A stretch of DNA of 64,000 bases from Acidobacteriota bacterium. GTDB taxonomy: Bacteria > Acidobacteriota > Thermoanaerobaculia > Gp7-AA8. This document shows, in pieces, positions 60,098 through 64,000 of this stretch. The position numbers and the translations under genes were made by a program. The DNA is taken from the NCBI GenBank assembly GCA_019244185.1, contig JAFATB010000006.1:192001-256000 (forward strand), written 5' to 3'. The notes beneath the pieces are model-generated. The model searched no databases. It was given only the letters and a program-made list of their open reading frames with translations, and was not told the origin of the DNA. Positions within the stretch are counted from its first letter, which is position 1. Every line of letters starts with the position of its first letter.

Positions 60098-61215
60098 CTC
60101 ACCGCGTTCCGCCGGCTCGTGCGCAACCACTGCGCGAGCCGGCGGAGCGCGAGCGCGAGTCCCGTCCAGACGAGCACCACCGCGCCGGCCGTTGCGATCG
60201 CCGCGATCGCGCGGCCGGCCATCCCGCCCGCCTCGCCTGTATGGCTGAAGCGGATCCACGTGCGCATACGGCGTCCCGCGTTCTGCGACGCGAACGGCTG
60301 CCACTTCACGACGCGTCCCGTGCGGCGGTCGAGCGTGAGCTGCGCGCGCAGGTCGGGACGTCCGCCGTCGCCGCGATCGATCGTGTAGACGATGGTGTCC
60401 GCGTTCGGCGCGGGCACGCGCGCGCTGATGCGCTTCCAGTCGCGCACCTGCTGCTCCGCGGCCGGCAGCAGACGCGCGACGTCGTGCAGCACGCCGTCAG
60501 TCTTCGCTGCGCGCGCTTCCAGCGGACGCGGCTCGCGCGGGGGCACGGGACTACCGGTCATGCGATAGACGAGCGCGTTCGCCCATGGATACGACATCAC
60601 GACGCCCGTCGCGACGATGACCAGCAGCGGCACGAACGACCAGATGCCGATCGCGTTGTGCCAGTTGAAATCGCGTGCGCGCGCCGAGAGACCGCGGCGG
60701 AACCAGACGATCGCACGCACGCCCGGCCACGACCAGCGTCGCGGCCACCAGAGAAACGGTCCGGTGCAGACGAGCACGAGGAACGCGAGATTGCACGCGC
60801 CGGTAACGACGCGGCCGCGGTCGCGCGACGCGTCCGACGCGCCCAGCCACCGGTGCAAGCTCTCGACGACGCGGAAGAAGCGCCGCACGCCGCGCGAGCC
60901 TTCGCGCGTCGCACCGCTGGAACGATCGACGAAGACGACGCGTTCGCGGCCCACGCCGATTTCGAGCGGCAGCGACGGATCGCGCGCGATCGTCAGCATC
61001 GTTGGTGTGCCATGCAATGCGCGCTCGCTGTTCGCAAGCAACGCGTCAATCGGCAACGGCGGCGTCGCATGTGCGGCCGCGCGTGGCGTCCGATCGAACG
61101 CCGCCACGACCTCGCGCTCGAACGCCAGCAACACGCCGGTCACCGACATGATGAGAATCACGATGCCGCACACCACGCCCGCGGCGAGGTGCAGCCAGAA
61201 GAGCGCCCGCCGCAC
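60094..61215 (-). CDS. PepSY-associated TM helix protein (iron-regulated membrane protein, PiuB-like)
   Basis: 'FWLHLAAG..MSVTGVLL', 'LHRWL', 'NWHNAIGIW', 'FSHTGE'. Directly follows piuC. Confidence 0.9.
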   Translation of the reverse strand: MRRALFWLHLAAGVVCGIVILIMSVTGVLLAFEREVVAAFDRTPRAAAHATPPLPIDALLANSERALHGTPTMLTIARDPSLPLEIGVGRERVVFVDRSSGATREGSRGVRRFFRVVESLHRWLGASDASRDRGRVVTGACNLAFLVLVCTGPFLWWPRRWSWPGVRAIVWFRRGLSARARDFNWHNAIGIWSFVPLLVIVATGVVMSYPWANALVYRMTGSPVPPREPRPLEARAAKTDGVLHDVARLLPAAEQQVRDWKRISARVPAPNADTIVYTIDRGDGGRPDLRAQLTLDRRTGRVVKWQPFASQNAGRRMRTWIRFSHTGEAGGMAGRAIAAIATAGAVVLVWTGLALALRRLAQWLRTSRRNAVS

Positions 61216-61896
61216 TTACGCGTCCGCCCAGCGGCGCAGGAGATTGTGGTAGACGCCCGTCAGTTGCACCGCCAGCGGCTTGTCCGGCAGCTCGCGGTTC
61301 ACGCCCTGAATTGCGAGATCGAGATCGAACAGCAACGTGCGCTCGCCGTCGTCGCGGACCATGCTCTGGATCCAGAAGAACGACGCCAGTCGCGCGCCGC
61401 GCGTCACCGGCTTCACGTGATGCAGGCTCGACGCGGGATACAGAATCAGATGTCCCGCCGGCAGCTTGACCTCGTGCAGTCCGTACGTGTCCTCGACCAC
61501 CAGCTCGCCGCCGTCGTACTCCTCGGGTGCCGCGAGAAACAGCGTCGCCGACAGATCCGTCCGCACGCGATGCGGCGTGCCCGGCACCTGCCGGATCGCG
61601 TTGTCGACATGCGTGCCGAACGACTGCCCACCCTCGTAGCGATTGAACAGCGGCGGGAAGACTTTCAGCGGCAATGCAGCCGAGACGAACAGCGCGCTGC
61701 GCTCGAGCGCGGACACGATCATCGCGCCGAGCTGCCGCGCCGCCGGATCGTCCTCGGCGAGCTGCTGGTTGTCTTTCGCGCGCGCCGACTGATGTCCCGC
61801 GGTCACGCGGCCGTCGACCCAGCGAGCGCCGGCGAGCAGCCGCCGCGCGGTCGTCAGTTCATCCTGCGAGAGCACGTCCGCGATGGCGAGAAGCAC
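61216..61896 (-). CDS. piuC: PKHD-type Fe(II)/2-oxoglutarate dioxygenase (PiuC/YbiX)
   Basis: '[18 protein letters not shown]', 'PPLFNRY..FG.HVDNAIR', '[16 protein letters not shown]', '[20 protein letters not shown]', 'YHNLLRRWA'. Confidence 0.95.
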   Translation of the reverse strand: MLLAIADVLSQDELTTARRLLAGARWVDGRVTAGHQSARAKDNQQLAEDDPAARQLGAMIVSALERSALFVSAALPLKVFPPLFNRYEGGQSFGTHVDNAIRQVPGTPHRVRTDLSATLFLAAPEEYDGGELVVEDTYGLHEVKLPAGHLILYPASSLHHVKPVTRGARLASFFWIQSMVRDDGERTLLFDLDLAIQGVNRELPDKPLAVQLTGVYHNLLRRWADA

Positions 61897-61899
61897 GGG

Positions 61900-64000
61900 T
61901 CAGTTCCTGTTCGCGCCGCCTAGTTGGATATCAAAGGAAAGCGACGCGGAGCGCCCCGGCCCCGGCACGATGTGGCCGGGATGCAGCTGATCGAAGTAGT
62001 ACGCGTCGGTGAGGTTGTAGAGGTTGAGCCGCAGCCGGACGCGATCGCCGAGGGGATGGCTGATCATCGCGTTGAAGACCCAGTACGCGGGCGCTTCCTT
62101 GAGCTGATGCGTGATCGGATCGAGCGGCGCGGTCGTGCTCGCGGTGCGGCTGCCGACGTACTGTCCGCCCGCGCCGATCTCGAACCGCGACGCGACGCGC
62201 AGCGTGCTCCAGAAGTTGAACGTGTCGTCCGGCACGTTCGCGAGTCGCGCGCCGACCGCCGCGGGGAAGCCGACCGATTTCACCAGCTCGCTGTTCATGT
62301 GCGAGTAGCCGGCGAGCAGCTGCCAGCGCTCGGTGACGTGCCCGCTCGCCTCGACTTCGATGCCGTCGACGCGCTGGCGTCCCGAGAGGATCTGCTGCAG
62401 CGGATTCGCGGGATCGGTCTCGCGCGCGTTGCGCTTCTCCGTGCGGAACAATGCGCCGCGCAGCGAGAGTCGCCCGTTGCGTAGATCCCACTTCGTCCCG
62501 AGCTCGGTGTTGCGGTTCTCTTCCGGCGCGGTGTCGGCCGTGCTCGCGCTCAATGACAGCGCTTCCGCCGACGGATTGAACGAGGTCGAGTAGTTCGCGT
62601 AGATGCTGCCCGTCGCTGCCGGTTTGTAGACGACGCCGCCGCGCCAGCTCGGCATCGCGTCGACGCGGTGAAACGTCGTCGGCGCGCCGGCGAGATTGTC
62701 GACGTCCGCATCGAAGCGATCCCAGCGCGCGCCCGCGGTGAGATCCCAATGCGGCCCCGCGTGCAGCGTGTCGAGCACATACGCGCCGACGGTCGTCGCC
62801 GTCGTGCGGATCTTCGTCGAGACCGCGGCGGTGCCGGCGAACGGCTGGTTCGGATCGGGATCGAGCAGACTCGTGACCGGCACGCCGCTGAACGCAAGCC
62901 GCGTGGGATCGGACGTCTCGCGTCCCGCCTCGACACCCGCGACGACGCTGTGCAGCACGCGGCCGGTGTTGAAGTTCGCGGTGAGGTCGCTCTGCAGCTG
63001 GCCGAACGTCTCGTCGCTTTCGACCGCGATCTGGTTGCGCGTCACCGTCACGCGATCGAGCGGCGTCGAAGGCGTCACGCTCGTCGCCAGCTTCGCCTCG
63101 GTGATCTGCACGTCGCGGCCATACGACGCGTAGCGCAGCTGCGTGCGCAGACTGGTCGACGCGCTGAGGTCGCGCTCGAGCTTCGCGGTGCCGATGTCGG
63201 CCGTCGTGCGGAGGAAATTCGCGTCGGGGAAACCGTAGTAGTTCGTGCGGTCGACCGGCGCGGGCGTGTCGAAGTACCACGGCACGCCGTAGTCGGGCGT
63301 GTCGTTCGCGGCCTGGTGGAGGTAGTTGATCGTGAGCCGCGATTCGCCGAGGAGCGTCGTGAGCGACGGCGCGATTCCGAAGCGGCGGTTCTCCGCCTCG
63401 GCGCGCCCGGCGACGCGAGAGTCGTGCGCCATGAGGTTGAGGCGGAACGCGGTGGCGTCGCCGAACGGCTCGTTGAGATCGGCGGTGATGCGGCGCGTGG
63501 CGTCGGTGCCGACGGTGACGTCGGTGTCGAGGAACAAGTCGAAGCGCGCGCTCTTCGTGGCCTGATTCACGACGCCGCCGGTCGAGCCGCGGCCGAACGT
63601 CACGGACGACGGTCCCTTGAGCACTTCGAGCTCTTCGAGTGCGAATGGATCGCGGTAGTAGCTGCCGAAGTCGCGCATGCCGTCCACGAAGAGATCGTTG
63701 CGCGCGGAGAAGCCGCGGATGGTGAGGTTGTCGCCCTGCGCGCCACCTTCGCCCGCGGCGATGCTGATGCCGGCGACGTTGCGCAGCGCGTCGCGCAGCG
63801 TGGTCGTCCCCTGCTGCTCCGTGACTTCGTGCGGCACGACGCTGATCGACTGCGGGATCTCGCGCAGCGGCGCGTTGTAGCGCGGGAGCGTGGTCGCGAG
63901 CGTCGACGGCGCGTGGGCGGTGACGTCGATCTCTTCGTCGCCGCCGATGAAGATCGTGGCGGCGGTGGGCGACGCGAAGCGGTACGCGAGCGCGGTGCCC
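61900..64000 (-). CDS. TonB-dependent siderophore receptor (Fiu/PiuA-like), 5' end outside the window
   Basis: Plug motifs 'EIPQSISVVP..TTLRDALRNVAGI..GEGG..GDNLTIRGF..DGMRD..EVLKGPSS..GRGSTGGVVN'. The frame is open to the window edge, where 'GTALAYRF' suggests an STN domain. Upstream of piuC. Confidence 0.93.
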   Translation of the reverse strand, partial: GTALAYRFASPTAATIFIGGDEEIDVTAHAPSTLATTLPRYNAPLREIPQSISVVPHEVTEQQGTTTLRDALRNVAGISIAAGEGGAQGDNLTIRGFSARNDLFVDGMRDFGSYYRDPFALEELEVLKGPSSVTFGRGSTGGVVNQATKSARFDLFLDTDVTVGTDATRRITADLNEPFGDATAFRLNLMAHDSRVAGRAEAENRRFGIAPSLTTLLGESRLTINYLHQAANDTPDYGVPWYFDTPAPVDRTNYYGFPDANFLRTTADIGTAKLERDLSASTSLRTQLRYASYGRDVQITEAKLATSVTPSTPLDRVTVTRNQIAVESDETFGQLQSDLTANFNTGRVLHSVVAGVEAGRETSDPTRLAFSGVPVTSLLDPDPNQPFAGTAAVSTKIRTTATTVGAYVLDTLHAGPHWDLTAGARWDRFDADVDNLAGAPTTFHRVDAMPSWRGGVVYKPAATGSIYANYSTSFNPSAEALSLSASTADTAPEENRNTELGTKWDLRNGRLSLRGALFRTEKRNARETDPANPLQQILSGRQRVDGIEVEASGHVTERWQLLAGYSHMNSELVKSVGFPAAVGARLANVPDDTFNFWSTLRVASRFEIGAGGQYVGSRTASTTAPLDPITHQLKEAPAYWVFNAMISHPLGDRVRLRLNLYNLTDAYYFDQLHPGHIVPGPGRSASLSFDIQLGGANRN

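Noticed and set aside
61900-61925. TonB receptor ending in GGANRN rather than a terminal aromatic residue
   Set aside because: A TAG lies in an adjacent frame right after 'FDIQ', so a 1-nt error is plausible. Not interpretable without reads.

Overview
High-GC bacterial window. The gene style suggests Acidobacteriota/Thermoanaerobaculia, but this is inference only. Family assignments below come from motif recognition, not database searches. (1) 1-5399: a broken defence/prophage-like patch with a frameshifted STAND-type NTPase carrying HEAT-like repeats, small phage-like genes including a tandem-AP2 protein, and the C-terminal PD-(D/E)xK nuclease part of a second large protein. (2) 5400-8603: a 3.2-kb IS1-family (ISMhu11-like) element with 36-bp imperfect TIRs. 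Besides a transposase and small passenger genes it carries five structured-RNA candidates: four 130-147-nt long-stem hairpins and one irregular 8/4-type tRNA-like cloverleaf. (3) 8604-57307, minus strand: an apparent operon of a small secreted protein, a 7310-aa adhesin-like giant, a 7309-aa Ig-stalk/RHS polymorphic toxin giant and an immunity gene, followed by a decayed orphan toxin/immunity array. Both giants have Sec-type signal peptides and no T6SS or two-partner secretion genes are in view. (4) 57556-64000: a DUF2059/GspG-like fusion, an S10 peptidase and a Piu/Fiu-type iron uptake cluster. The best candidates for undescribed systems are the RNA-laden IS and the twin-giant toxin operon. 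Many 1-nt indels in 1-12000 could be decay or read error.
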